A stretch of DNA of 64,000 bases. Origin: Anaerolineales bacterium. GTDB taxonomy: Bacteria; Chloroflexota; Anaerolineae; Anaerolineales; UBA11657. How positions within the stretch are numbered: the stretch's first letter is position 1; every line of letters begins with the position of its first letter. This document shows, piece by piece, positions 19,291 through 28,977 of the stretch. Made by a program: the position numbers and the translations under genes. The notes beneath the pieces were generated by a model. The model made no database searches. It was not told the DNA's origin and saw only the letters and a list, made by a program, of their open reading frames with translations. The stretch is taken from the NCBI GenBank assembly GCA_022450585.1, contig JAKUPR010000006.1, positions 175 to 64,174 on the forward strand, in the 5' to 3' direction.

Positions 19291-19386
19291 CACATAGTCG
19301 TAAATAATAGTCTAAAATCATTATGTCACTAGCCTCAAGACGGCTCGGACGTGAAGATATGTTTTAGACCGCGAACAGCCTACCGA

Positions 19387-22300
19387 ATGTCCTTCGTCCA
19401 TCTGCATACCCATTCCTCGTACTCGTTGCTAGACGGTCTCAGCAATGTGCGTACTTTGGCTGCGCATGCGAGTGATTTAGGAATGCCCGGTCTTGCTCTC
19501 ACTGACCACGGTGCAATGCATGGAGTGATTGATTTCTATCGCGCTTGCCGAGAATCTAAAATCAACCCAATTATTGGCATGGAGGCTTATATGGCCTCTC
19601 GCAAGATGACGGATCGGGTGGCTCAACATGATGCAAAGAATTTTCATTTGCTGCTTCTCGCGGAAAACCAGACCGGTTATCAGAATCTCTTACAGATTGC
19701 CACCTCTGCTCAGCTCCAAGGTTTTTATCATCGTCCACGTATTGACCATGATTTCTTAGCCAGTCACGCCGATGGGCTGATTTGTACAACTGGTTGTCTC
19801 TCAGGTGAGATCCCACGGGCACTACATTCGGGCAACATTGAGCGGGCAGAAAACCTGATGGATTTCTATATACAGGTGTTTGGTAGCCGACGTTTCTTCA
19901 TCGAGCTTCAAGACCATGACATTCCCAGCCTTAACGAGGTAAATCGCACTCTCCTAGAATTCGGACCGCGCTATGGACTTGAATTTGTTGCGACGAATGA
20001 TGTTCACTATGTGAAGCAGGAGGATTCGCGATTACACGATGTTTTATTGTGTGTGCAAACCAATGCTGTTCTCAATGATACGAAACGCATGCGAATGAAC
20101 GGAGACTCATATTATCTGCGCTCAGTAGAGGAAATGAAAAAACTATTTGGGCATGTGCCCGGGGCGTTAGAGAATACACTCTTGGTGTCTGAACGCTGCA
20201 ATGTCAATCCTGAAACTGATGGAGTGCACTTGCCAGTGTTTGCGGTTCCAGATGGACATGATACCTCAGGATACTTACGGCATTTGTGCGAGCAAGGTTT
20301 GGAAATGCGTTATGGAGATCGTGCTACTGACGTGACTGTTCGTGAACGCATAGACATGGAACTGAAAGTCATTGGCGACATGAATTTTGACGCGTATTTT
20401 CTAATAGTGTGGGATTTGTGTAAATTTGCTTCTGAACGGGGCATTTGGTATAACGCTCGCGGTTCCGCTGCTGGATCAATTGTTGCGTATGCTCTTGGGA
20501 TTACTCTGGTATGTCCCCTTGAACATGGTCTAATTTTCGAGCGTTTCCTCAATCCTGGTCGTATATCAATGCCGGACATTGACCTTGATTTCCAGGATGA
20601 TCGTCGCTACGAACTCCTGGAATATACAGCTCAGAAATATGGCGAAGATAAGGTGGCGCAGATTATTACTTTTGGGACCTTAAAAGCGCGGGCTGCTATT
20701 AGGGACGTGGGACGGGTTATGGATATTCCCCTTAACGAGGTGGATCGGGTGGCGAAGTTAGTACCTAATATTCCCGGGAAGCCGGTCAGTATTGCCGCGG
20801 CTCTAGAAGATGTTCCGGAATTTCAGTCAGTTTACTCCCAAGAGTCAAGCTTGCGTGAGATGATTGACACTGCTCGTCAACTGGAAGGGGTACATCGTAA
20901 TGCTGGCACGCATGCTGCGGGAGTGGTTATTGCGGATAGGCCCCTGGTGGAATATATACCATTGCATAGATCTACGGGAAGCAATGCGCAACATACAGTG
21001 ATTGCTGCTACTACTCAATATGAGATGGAGATATTGGATAGTCTTGGATTGCTGAAAGTTGATTTTCTCGGTTTGCGCACTCTCACGGTGATGGCCAGAG
21101 CTTGTGCACTGATCAAGGAGCGCCACGGTGTGGATTTGAATCTCTACAATATTCCGACTGATGACCCAGACAGTTTTGATTTGTTGGGTCGGGGCGATGT
21201 GGCTGGAGTGTTTCAGGTTGAGGGTGCGGGTATGCGCCGTTTTCTGCGTGCTATGAAGCCTAGTCGACTGGAGCATGTTATAGCAATGGTGGCCCTGTAT
21301 CGGCCCGGACCAATGGACTTCATCCCGCATTACATTCGTCGTATGCACGGCGAGGAGAAGGTCACTTATTTGCATCCTGCTTTGGAACCGCTCTTTGAGG
21401 AGACCTATGGCAGACCTGTATATCAGGAACAACTGATGTTTGCAGCCATGGATTTGGCAGGATATAGTGCTGAGGAAGCTGATGATTTACGTAAGGCGGT
21501 AGGAAAAAAGATTAGAGATAAGCTAATGAAGCACCGTGGTAAATTCGTCGATGGTGCTACATCTAATGGAATCGGTGAACGTACTGCTAACGCTATTTTT
21601 GATGATTGGGAAGAGTTCGCTCGCTACGGTTTCAACAAAGCTCACGCTGCGGATTATGGTGTTATATCCGTCCAAACTGCCTATCTAAAGGCTCATTACC
21701 CTTCGGAATATATGACGGCCATGCTCACGGCGGAGCGTGATGACACTGAAAAGTTGGCATTGTATGTGGCTGACGCGAGACGCATGGGAATTGAAGTATT
21801 GCCCCCGGAAATTAATTATAGCGATCTGGATTTTCGCGTGCAGGATAACGCTAGTGGCAGCAATTCAGTACGTTTTGGTTTGTGCGCTGTGAAGAATGTA
21901 GGAGAGGGTGCTGTTCAGGAGATTATGCGAGCTCGTACGGAAAACGGACAGTTCGCGAACGTTGATGAGTTCTGTGCTCAGGTTGACTTACGTAAAGTGG
22001 GAAAACGTGCTCTAGAGAGTTTGGTGAAAGTAGGTGCGTTAGACTCCTTGGCTTCGCGCTCTCAGCTCCTTGTCGCCATAGAGCAGTTGCTTGGTGCTAG
22101 TGCATCGGTGCACAAGGCAGCGGAGGTTGGGCAAGCAACGATGTTTGATATTATCTCTCTCGACAATGGAAACAAGAATATAGATTTGCAGTCTGATGTG
22201 GAGGAGATTTCTGAACATCAATTACGAAAATGGGAGAAAGAATTAATAGGAGTATATGTTAGTGAGCATCCGCTACTATCTCATATTTCCGAAATAGAAA

Positions 22301-23094
22301 ATGTGATTACGGCATATAGCGCCGACCTGACCGAGATGGACGGGAAAATAGTCACACTTGCAGGCACCATTGCTCATATTCGGCCACACATCACTAAGAG
22401 AGGAGATCCGATGGCATTTATGTCGCTCGAGGATTTGCAGGGCTTTGCTGATCTTGTGGTCTTTCCTGATGTGTGGCGTCAGGTTCAGGGATGGATTCAG
22501 TTAGACAACCTTGTAGTGGTTACCGGCAAAGTGGATGCTAAGAGAGGTGATGCTAATCTACTGGTAAATCGTATTGAAAGGGAGCTGAACATAGTGCAGC
22601 CGGCTGACCAAAAGATGGTTGCACCCGTCTTAGAAGAGGGTGGTAGCGTCTCCAATCAAGAAGATCGACCTCCAGTCGATATATGGGAGGGTGTTACTCC
22701 TGAAGAGTTAGTTCATTCGAGGGAGACGCGAGTTAGTACAGAGGCTGCCTCGATATCTCCGGACTCAGTTTCGGGGCGACAGGTGGAACCGATAGTGGCT
22801 GTTCCACCGCCCGATACCACTGCTGGCGGTCTACCGGTTAAACGTATCGTCGTTATCCTTCGGCCTGAACAGGACATGACTAGCTACAAATTGAGAGTAA
22901 AGTGGGCGTTTAATCTAATCACTAGTTTTCCTGGTTCCGATCGTTTTGCAATAATTGTTTTTGAAGACGACGGGCGATGCTTTGAGTTGGACTTCTCCAA
23001 TCACACTACAGGGCACTGTGTGGAATTGATGGACAAGCTTGCTAGTGTGGTCAAGTCTCCGGAAGATATTGAAGTCCAGGCACTTCTTTTGTAA
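19387..23094 (+). CDS. dnaE: DNA polymerase III alpha subunit
   Basis: PHP domain start MSFVHLHTHSSYSLLDG. Palm/fingers motifs (PDIDLDF, GLLKVDFLGL, YRPGP), OB fold and a C-terminal domain. The ATG at 19387 is preferred over the upstream GTG at 19351. Confidence 0.92.
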   Translation: MSFVHLHTHSSYSLLDGLSNVRTLAAHASDLGMPGLALTDHGAMHGVIDFYRACRESKINPIIGMEAYMASRKMTDRVAQHDAKNFHLLLLAENQTGYQNLLQIATSAQLQGFYHRPRIDHDFLASHADGLICTTGCLSGEIPRALHSGNIERAENLMDFYIQVFGSRRFFIELQDHDIPSLNEVNRTLLEFGPRYGLEFVATNDVHYVKQEDSRLHDVLLCVQTNAVLNDTKRMRMNGDSYYLRSVEEMKKLFGHVPGALENTLLVSERCNVNPETDGVHLPVFAVPDGHDTSGYLRHLCEQGLEMRYGDRATDVTVRERIDMELKVIGDMNFDAYFLIVWDLCKFASERGIWYNARGSAAGSIVAYALGITLVCPLEHGLIFERFLNPGRISMPDIDLDFQDDRRYELLEYTAQKYGEDKVAQIITFGTLKARAAIRDVGRVMDIPLNEVDRVAKLVPNIPGKPVSIAAALEDVPEFQSVYSQESSLREMIDTARQLEGVHRNAGTHAAGVVIADRPLVEYIPLHRSTGSNAQHTVIAATTQYEMEILDSLGLLKVDFLGLRTLTVMARACALIKERHGVDLNLYNIPTDDPDSFDLLGRGDVAGVFQVEGAGMRRFLRAMKPSRLEHVIAMVALYRPGPMDFIPHYIRRMHGEEKVTYLHPALEPLFEETYGRPVYQEQLMFAAMDLAGYSAEEADDLRKAVGKKIRDKLMKHRGKFVDGATSNGIGERTANAIFDDWEEFARYGFNKAHAADYGVISVQTAYLKAHYPSEYMTAMLTAERDDTEKLALYVADARRMGIEVLPPEINYSDLDFRVQDNASGSNSVRFGLCAVKNVGEGAVQEIMRARTENGQFANVDEFCAQVDLRKVGKRALESLVKVGALDSLASRSQLLVAIEQLLGASASVHKAAEVGQATMFDIISLDNGNKNIDLQSDVEEISEHQLRKWEKELIGVYVSEHPLLSHISEIENVITAYSADLTEMDGKIVTLAGTIAHIRPHITKRGDPMAFMSLEDLQGFADLVVFPDVWRQVQGWIQLDNLVVVTGKVDAKRGDANLLVNRIERELNIVQPADQKMVAPVLEEGGSVSNQEDRPPVDIWEGVTPEELVHSRETRVSTEAASISPDSVSGRQVEPIVAVPPPDTTAGGLPVKRIVVILRPEQDMTSYKLRVKWAFNLITSFPGSDRFAIIVFEDDGRCFELDFSNHTTGHCVELMDKLASVVKSPEDIEVQALLL

Positions 23095-23138
23095 CATCTA
23101 GACAGTTGTGGTTCGAGGAAATGGTCTATAGTCTCTGA

Positions 23139-24518
23139 TCATCTGTCTGATTTCGGGAATTCTATGCGTATACGTGATGCAGCGTGGCCTTCGACTGCGA
23201 TTACAGTGAAGGTTGTGTCAATATAAGTGTATCGGTCGCCTAACTGCGGCGGTCGTCCTAGCCATGTCATTAGCAATCCGCTCACTGTCTCCACCGGAGG
23301 CAATTTATTGGGTTCGCCTAATCTGACTATCTCGTCTAAATCTTCGACTGGGCAATCTCCTGCGGTTTCTAATATACCAGGTGCAATATGTATGAGTTTC
23401 TCTGAATCCATATCGAATTCGTCTTGTATTTCGCCTACAATCTCTTCGAACAAATCTTCAAGGGTAACGATTCCTGCGGTGCCTCCATATTCATCCAATA
23501 CGATGGCCATGTGAGATGGACCATCCTTTAAGGATGACAGTACCGTTCCCAACGGGGCGTTTTCTGGTAGATGATGCGCCGGATGTAAGAGTGTGTGCAG
23601 ATTAAAAGTGTTCAGTGTATCCATATGCTGTCGGGCCAGATCCTTTACATGTAGGATTCCTATAATGTGGTCTAGATTGTCCTGATAAACTGGAAAGCGG
23701 CTGAAACTACTGGATACAACATCGTTCAAGATATCTTCTAGGGCAGTGTCGTGCGCAATTGCTTTCAATCTGTTGCGTGGCGTCATAACCTGATTCAGGC
23801 GACGTTTAGAGAAATCGAACACTCCTAGCAACAAAGCTCTTTCATTATCTTTTAATAGGCCGCTCAAAGCGCTTTCACTGACAATTTGTACTAATTCTTG
23901 GGGTGAGTGAAGTCGAGCTTCATCGTTAGATGTTCGCATGCGCATCATGGCCAGCAATTTGAGACCGACTGCGTTTAGCGCAGTGACTGGAATGAAAAGC
24001 AATTTTTGTGCCCAGTGCATCATGTCGACTATTACTAGTGCAGTGCGACGGGGTGCACTGAGGGCAAGTGCTTTGGGTGCCATTTCACCTAGGACTACAT
24101 GAAGGTAAGTCAACAGGGTTAGTGCAATAATTGTAGCGAGCGAGTGTGTAAGAGCGGGACGCAGACCTACAGATGTGATATGCGTTAAATACGGTTCGAT
24201 GAAATGGGCGATACGCGGTTCCGCATACATTGCCAGCCCAATCGATGCAAGGGTTATCCCGAGTTGCGCAGTGGCTATATAGCGATCTTGTGTGGCAGAT
24301 GTTTCGAGAATAGATAGTACGCGGCTCGCGCGTGCGTTACCTTCTTTGGCAAGTTGTTCCATCTGGGTTCGGCGGACACCTATAATTGCAAACTCTGCTG
24401 CAACGAACACACCATTGACGAAGATCAGAGCAGCGGTGATGAGAACAGGTACAACGATTATAAGTGGTTCATTGAGAGCGGTGCTGATACCGGAAGAGAT
24501 GCTATTGATGAGGGTCAC
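23139..24518 (-). CDS. CNNM/DUF21-CBS-CorC_HlyC family membrane protein (hemolysin/TlyC-like, putative divalent cation efflux)
   Basis: N-terminal 4-TM DUF21 (AEFAIIGVRR), a CBS pair and a C-terminal CorC_HlyC-like domain (..FTVIAVEGHAASRIRIE). Confidence 0.8.
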   Translation of the reverse strand: MTLINSISSGISTALNEPLIIVVPVLITAALIFVNGVFVAAEFAIIGVRRTQMEQLAKEGNARASRVLSILETSATQDRYIATAQLGITLASIGLAMYAEPRIAHFIEPYLTHITSVGLRPALTHSLATIIALTLLTYLHVVLGEMAPKALALSAPRRTALVIVDMMHWAQKLLFIPVTALNAVGLKLLAMMRMRTSNDEARLHSPQELVQIVSESALSGLLKDNERALLLGVFDFSKRRLNQVMTPRNRLKAIAHDTALEDILNDVVSSSFSRFPVYQDNLDHIIGILHVKDLARQHMDTLNTFNLHTLLHPAHHLPENAPLGTVLSSLKDGPSHMAIVLDEYGGTAGIVTLEDLFEEIVGEIQDEFDMDSEKLIHIAPGILETAGDCPVEDLDEIVRLGEPNKLPPVETVSGLLMTWLGRPPQLGDRYTYIDTTFTVIAVEGHAASRIRIEFPKSDR

Positions 24519-25635
24519 GATCTGGCTTGTTCTGATTAGTGTCTGCTATGAAATCTTGCTCATGCTCTGTTTGGTGATTGGAAACCTTACCTGTTGTTGT
24601 ATCAAATTCGTCCTGTAGTTCTCCAAATACCTGTTCTAGGAGGTCTTCGTATGTGATGAGACCAACAGTATTGCCACCCACGTCTTGTACTATTGTTATG
24701 TGCTGATTTTGGGCCGTGATTCTTTCCCATATCGCTGCTACATTCATTGTTTCTGGAATGAATGTTACTGTTCGCAGTATGCCAGAGGTGTTGTTGGTAC
24801 CATCCACTCTTGAGCGTAGCAGATCCTTAATGTGAACGAAGCCGACGATTCGGCTCAAGTTGTCTTGGAAAATTGGTATGCGGCTGAACCCTGTTTGTAG
24901 GCAGATACGCAGTACGCTTGAGACTGAACTAGTTGAGGATGTTGCAACAATAATTTCTCTCGGAGTCATTATTGCGCCGGCGTTCAGGTCGCGTAATCTC
25001 AAAGAATTACGTAGCATGTGGCGTGCTCCTGGGATCAGGAGTCCTCCTGCCTGACTATCCGCTGCCAGTAATTCAATTTCTTCGGGTGTATGTGCTCCTG
25101 AGTGCTGTTCTCTAATGTTGATGCGCAGTATCCTTAAGAGTAGATTTCCACTACCGTTGAATAGCCAAATTAGAGGTTGAAAGAGACGTAAAGACCATTG
25201 CATAGGAAGTACTGTTGCTAGGGCTAGTCTTTCTGGATGTTGGATGGCGATTGATTTGGGAAGCAATTCTCCTATAATCATCTGCAGACTTGTTAGTAGC
25301 AGTAACATACTAGTGACCGCTATGGAATGGGCTGCTGGGATAGCGAGGCCTCCCATTCGCGATAGAATCGGTGTCAATTGGGAGGCTAGTACGTTTTGTC
25401 CGTATGCGCCTAGCAGTAAGGAAGTAGCAGTGATACCCACCTGACAAGCAGCCACATATCTGTCGAGGGCATGGCTATTACTCACTATCGGCAGGAGTTG
25501 CTTCGCCAAGCGGTTTCCCGAGTCGGCCATCTGGGTGATGCGAGTGCGGCGTGCGCTGACCGTTGCGAATTCCGCCGCAACGTAAAGAGCGTTAATCAGC
25601 ACTAACACAGTGACTATAGTGGCGATAGTCATCAA
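24502..25635 (-). CDS. CNNM/DUF21-CBS protein, paralog lacking the C-terminal CorC_HlyC domain
   Basis: Has the same DUF21 start (AEFATVSARRTR) and CBS pair. It ends shortly after the CBS pair in a short hydrophilic tail. Overlaps the downstream paralog by 17 nt. Confidence 0.75.
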   Translation of the reverse strand: MMTIATIVTVLVLINALYVAAEFATVSARRTRITQMADSGNRLAKQLLPIVSNSHALDRYVAACQVGITATSLLLGAYGQNVLASQLTPILSRMGGLAIPAAHSIAVTSMLLLLTSLQMIIGELLPKSIAIQHPERLALATVLPMQWSLRLFQPLIWLFNGSGNLLLRILRINIREQHSGAHTPEEIELLAADSQAGGLLIPGARHMLRNSLRLRDLNAGAIMTPREIIVATSSTSSVSSVLRICLQTGFSRIPIFQDNLSRIVGFVHIKDLLRSRVDGTNNTSGILRTVTFIPETMNVAAIWERITAQNQHITIVQDVGGNTVGLITYEDLLEQVFGELQDEFDTTTGKVSNHQTEHEQDFIADTNQNKPDRDPHQ

Positions 25636-26090
25636 ACTAGTGGCATGGCCGTTTTACACTTCCGGGCCGCCTATTTAGATTAGAAGCGACATTCGGACGA
25701 ATCGTTTTTGTGGTAATCAAAAAATTGGAGTAGGCATTTTGAGTTTACAATCAGTATTGTATCAAAAAACATGCGTTACAATTGTGTCCATATATCAGGG
25801 ATTCTATTGGAAGTCAATTCTAATCGGTGCGATGAGTGTAGCGGGAAAAGAATATGCCTACTAGATTGTCCCGAATATACTGTTTCCATTTGTAAGGTAT
25901 TGGGGAGAAAAGGTGCTTTCTTAATTCATGGATGTTCACGTAAAGGCGCTTATAATGAGAGTAGTCTTCGGTAAGTAATGCTTTTGCCATCTAAGTCATA
26001 CCTTAGAGTATGCAGAATATTTCAATGCGTCTACGGTGGGTCTCCCATTTCGTAGTGCACTGTATTCTCTAGTGTTGGGAAAATGTACAT

Positions 26091-27530
26091 ATGAATGAAA
26101 GTTTGTCATGCCCACAAGTGATGCTGATTTCGTGCTATGAACTTGGGCATCAACCGTTTAGTCTTGGCTCTACGCTCGGTATTCTTGACGGGGAGGGCGT
26201 TAAAGCAGCTGCGGTTGATCTAGCTGTTGAGGAGATGAGTGCGTACACTGGCTTTCTTGAAAAAGTGCGTCTTGTGGCAATTTCTGCTCCTATGCACACC
26301 GCGCTGCGTATTGGAACGGAGACTGCACGCCAGGTTCGTTTACTCAACCCGGATGTGCATATATGTTTTTTTGGCTACTATGCCGGTCTGAACACTGATT
26401 ACCTAATAAACTCTGGATATGCTGACAGTACTATCGCGGGTGAGTTTGAGTCCGCGCTTTTAGATCTGGTTCTGGATGTACTATGTTCAGAATTCGACCC
26501 TGCTGCTCCACCAGAGGGTGTAAGTACTGCCAACTTTGTTTCCGTGCCATCGATGAAGCGAGTTGCTTTTGAGCCGCCGCAGCGTGATGGTTTGCCAACT
26601 CTAGAGCGTTATGCTCGTATGCGCAGCGATGGCGAGTTGAGGCTGGCGGGCTATACTGAAAGTTCGCGTGGATGTAAATATGTGTGTCGCCATTGCCCGG
26701 TTACGCCAGTTTACAACGGGCGTTTTTTTGTTGTTCCGCACGATATTGTCTTGGGTGATGTTCGGTCTCAGGTGAATTCAGGTGCAAAGCACATTACTTT
26801 TGGTGATCCAGATTTTTTGAACGGACCGCGTCACGCGCAACGGGTAGTGCGCTCACTACACGCTGAGTTCCCAGAGGTGACATTTGATTTCACGGCTCGG
26901 ATACCGCACTTGTTGCGATATAGTGACCTATTACCAGAAATGGCTGACTCAGGATGCGCGTTTGTTGTTTCTGCCATTGAATCACTGAGCGATGATGTGT
27001 TAGCCTCGTTGGATAAAGGTCATGTCAGGGCAGATATTCTTCGCGCGCTTGATCTCCTTGATGATGCGGGTATTCCATTGCGACCTTCGTTGCTCCCTTT
27101 TACGCCGTGGACAACCTTGGATGATTATCTTGAATTGCTTGCTTTTGTCCGAGAAAATGATTTAGTGGATTATATTGACCCAGTTCAGTATAGCTTAAGG
27201 CTGCTCATACCTCCGGGATCAGCCATCTTGGAAAAACACGCGCAAGCCCCTTGGATTGGGGAGCTGGACCCTGCGAGTTTCAGTTATGTTTGGAATCATC
27301 CAGATGGTCGAATGGAAAATTTGCAGAAACAAGTGAGTCTTCGGGTGGCTAACGATGATAGAGCAGGTGAGCCAGTACGTAGTACTTTCGCGGCGATTGA
27401 AGAAATAGCTGCTGGTATCGGCTGTGTATCACCTCCTTACCCCCGCACAGTGCCGTCGCGTCGTAAAGTACCTGCTGGTTTGACGGAAAGCTGGTTTTGC
27501 TGAGCAGAGCCTGTAAGCGAGTCAGGTTGA
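26091..27530 (+). CDS. B12-binding-domain radical SAM protein with probable selenocysteine tail (..C-U-A-E-P..), read through the TGA at 27501
   Basis: Radical SAM cluster motif SSRGCKYVCRHCPV (CX3CX2C) after an N-terminal B12-like domain. The track ORF ends ..ESWFC at TGA 27501-27503. The in-frame continuation GCA GAG CCT GTA AGC GAG TCA GGT TGA gives C-U-A-E-P-V-S-E-S-G*. A SECIS-like hairpin follows. Confidence 0.7.
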
Positions 27531-27555
27531 CTCGCCAAACTCTGGCCGGCTCTGC
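27504..27555 (+). promoter_or_regulatory. Putative bacterial SECIS element
   Basis: Apical stem GCGAGTC (27517-27523) / GACTCGC (27529-27535) with loop AGGTT containing GU, starting 13 nt after the TGA. Lower stem GCAGAGCC (27504-27511) / GGCTCTGC (27548-27555). Confidence 0.55.
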
Positions 27556-27836
27556 AAGATTGTTGCTAGTGTGGCTACGTGCTCTGCGAATGCCTGCTGT
27601 CCCAGAGCGGTAACAGATATATATGTACGTGGTTTGCGGCCGACAAATGCCTTCTCTACGGTAATGTGACCTGCGGTCTCTAGCGTGCGCAGATGCGAGC
27701 CGAGGTTGCCGTCGGTTGCTTCAAGGAAATCCCGGAGAGCAGTGAAGTCCACACGTGAGCCAGAATCTAGTCCGGTCAGTGCTGCCATAATGCGTAGACG
27801 TACTGGTTGGTGAATTGTCTGGTTGAGATCATCCAT
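27522..27836 (-). CDS. Winged-helix (ArsR/MarR-like) transcriptional regulator
   Basis: 104 aa. HQPVRLRIMAAL... then LGSHLRTLETAGHITVEK..GRKPRTYISVT fits a wHTH recognition helix plus wing. Confidence 0.65.
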   Translation of the reverse strand: MDDLNQTIHQPVRLRIMAALTGLDSGSRVDFTALRDFLEATDGNLGSHLRTLETAGHITVEKAFVGRKPRTYISVTALGQQAFAEHVATLATILQSRPEFGEST

Positions 27837-27933
27837 ATTGTTCTTGAAAGTCGTTCAAAGGAATGGAACCCTTCCATTGCTCGCAGTTACGTTGGCACTG
27901 TATCCGCGCTGAATTCCAGAGCAGTTTATAGAG

Positions 27934-28977
27934 CTAATCGATGATTGTCAAGTCGTGGTCTTTTCTGGCGGTTGATATTAACGCAACCCATTGGCTCGTG
28001 TCGGAATCTATGTCAGGTGCCTTTTCGCTTGCAAGTAGGCTCATACCCGATGCATTGAGAGCATCGTGTGTTTCGCGTTCTTGTTCTGCCAAAATGCCCG
28101 CTAGGATCATAATCCCTGTAGGTGCTATTGTCTGAGCAAGACCGTCCTCTAAGAAATGCGTGATGACTCTTGAAAGGATGTTGACCACAACTATGTCAAA
28201 TTTGGCTTTGCGTTGTACTGCTGTCAGAGAACCCTGAACCAGTATCAAGCTGTTGGATACGCCGTTAGCCCTCGCGTTTTTTTGTGCAGCGTGAATTGCA
28301 TCTGGATCAGTGTCAAATCCCACTGCAAGGTTTGCACCCAACTTCAATGCTGCGATTGCAAGGATTCCTGATCCGCACCCCAAGTCCAACACACTTTCTC
28401 CGGGGCGGAGATACTTTTCGATGGCCGCTAGGCATAGTTGGGTAGAGGGATGCGCGCCAGTACCGAAGGCCTGTCCAGGGTCAATGATGATAGGAACATC
28501 TTTCTTGGTAATTCTTGGCTCCATCCATGCAGGGATTACAAGTAGTCTGTTGCCCACCCGTAGAGGTCGGTAGTGCTTCTTCCATTGTGCAATCCAGTCC
28601 GTATCACTTACGGGTTTGTAGTCTGCTATGGGAGGTGTCAATCCGGATTCGCGCGCAATTAACTGGAGTGGCCAGAGCTCGCGTTCAATTTCTAACAGGG
28701 CGGGTAACAGATTGTAGTCTACTTCTAGGAATGACCTTACTATCAATCTACCACTAGGGGATTGTGTTGGCGTACCAATAGATTCTGGGAAGTTGTGTTT
28801 ACATACTGGTTCGACTGGTTCTATGGCTACCCCGGAGGGACAATAACGTCCAAGTGCTTCTGCTGATACTTCTGCTGTTTCAGGGTCGACCGTCAGTGAG
28901 ATTTCGATCCAGCGGTACTCATTGATATTCTCTAGCAAATCATCAAACTGCGTGCGATGTGATGCAGTGGTGCTCAC
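27934..28977 (-). CDS. prmA: Ribosomal protein L11 methyltransferase
   Basis: SAM motif VLDLGCGSGILAIAALKLGA, FGTGAHPSTQLCL and DIVVVNIL. Lies directly downstream of dnaJ with a 4-nt overlap, as in Bacillus-type dnaK operons. Confidence 0.85.
   Translation of the reverse strand: MSTTASHRTQFDDLLENINEYRWIEISLTVDPETAEVSAEALGRYCPSGVAIEPVEPVCKHNFPESIGTPTQSPSGRLIVRSFLEVDYNLLPALLEIERELWPLQLIARESGLTPPIADYKPVSDTDWIAQWKKHYRPLRVGNRLLVIPAWMEPRITKKDVPIIIDPGQAFGTGAHPSTQLCLAAIEKYLRPGESVLDLGCGSGILAIAALKLGANLAVGFDTDPDAIHAAQKNARANGVSNSLILVQGSLTAVQRKAKFDIVVVNILSRVITHFLEDGLAQTIAPTGIMILAGILAEQERETHDALNASGMSLLASEKAPDIDSDTSQWVALISTARKDHDLTIID

Noticed and set aside
19351-19386. Upstream GTG start for dnaE, and the roughly 160-aa region after the OB fold as a novel extension
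   Set aside because: MSFVHLHTHS is the usual PHP-domain N-terminus, so the ATG at 19387 is preferred. A C-terminal domain after the OB fold is normal for DnaE (tau-binding region). Only the P/S/E-rich linker is extra.
20845-21432. 195-aa minus-strand ORF inside dnaE. Similar long antisense ORFs occur in other genes, e.g. 36760..37266 in secA, 35947..36447 in prs, 43368..43892 in the ABC permease, 11557..12015 in the SBP gene and 13569..13985 in murJ
   Set aside because: All lie fully within strongly supported genes on the opposite strand and have no family resemblance. Long antisense ORFs are expected by chance at this base composition.
25636-25770. Possible metal (Mg/Mn) riboswitch in the 5' leader of the CNNM operon
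   Set aside because: I could not recognise M-box or yybP-ykoY conserved cores, or a convincing multi-stem structure, by eye. A covariance-model scan would be needed for any claim.
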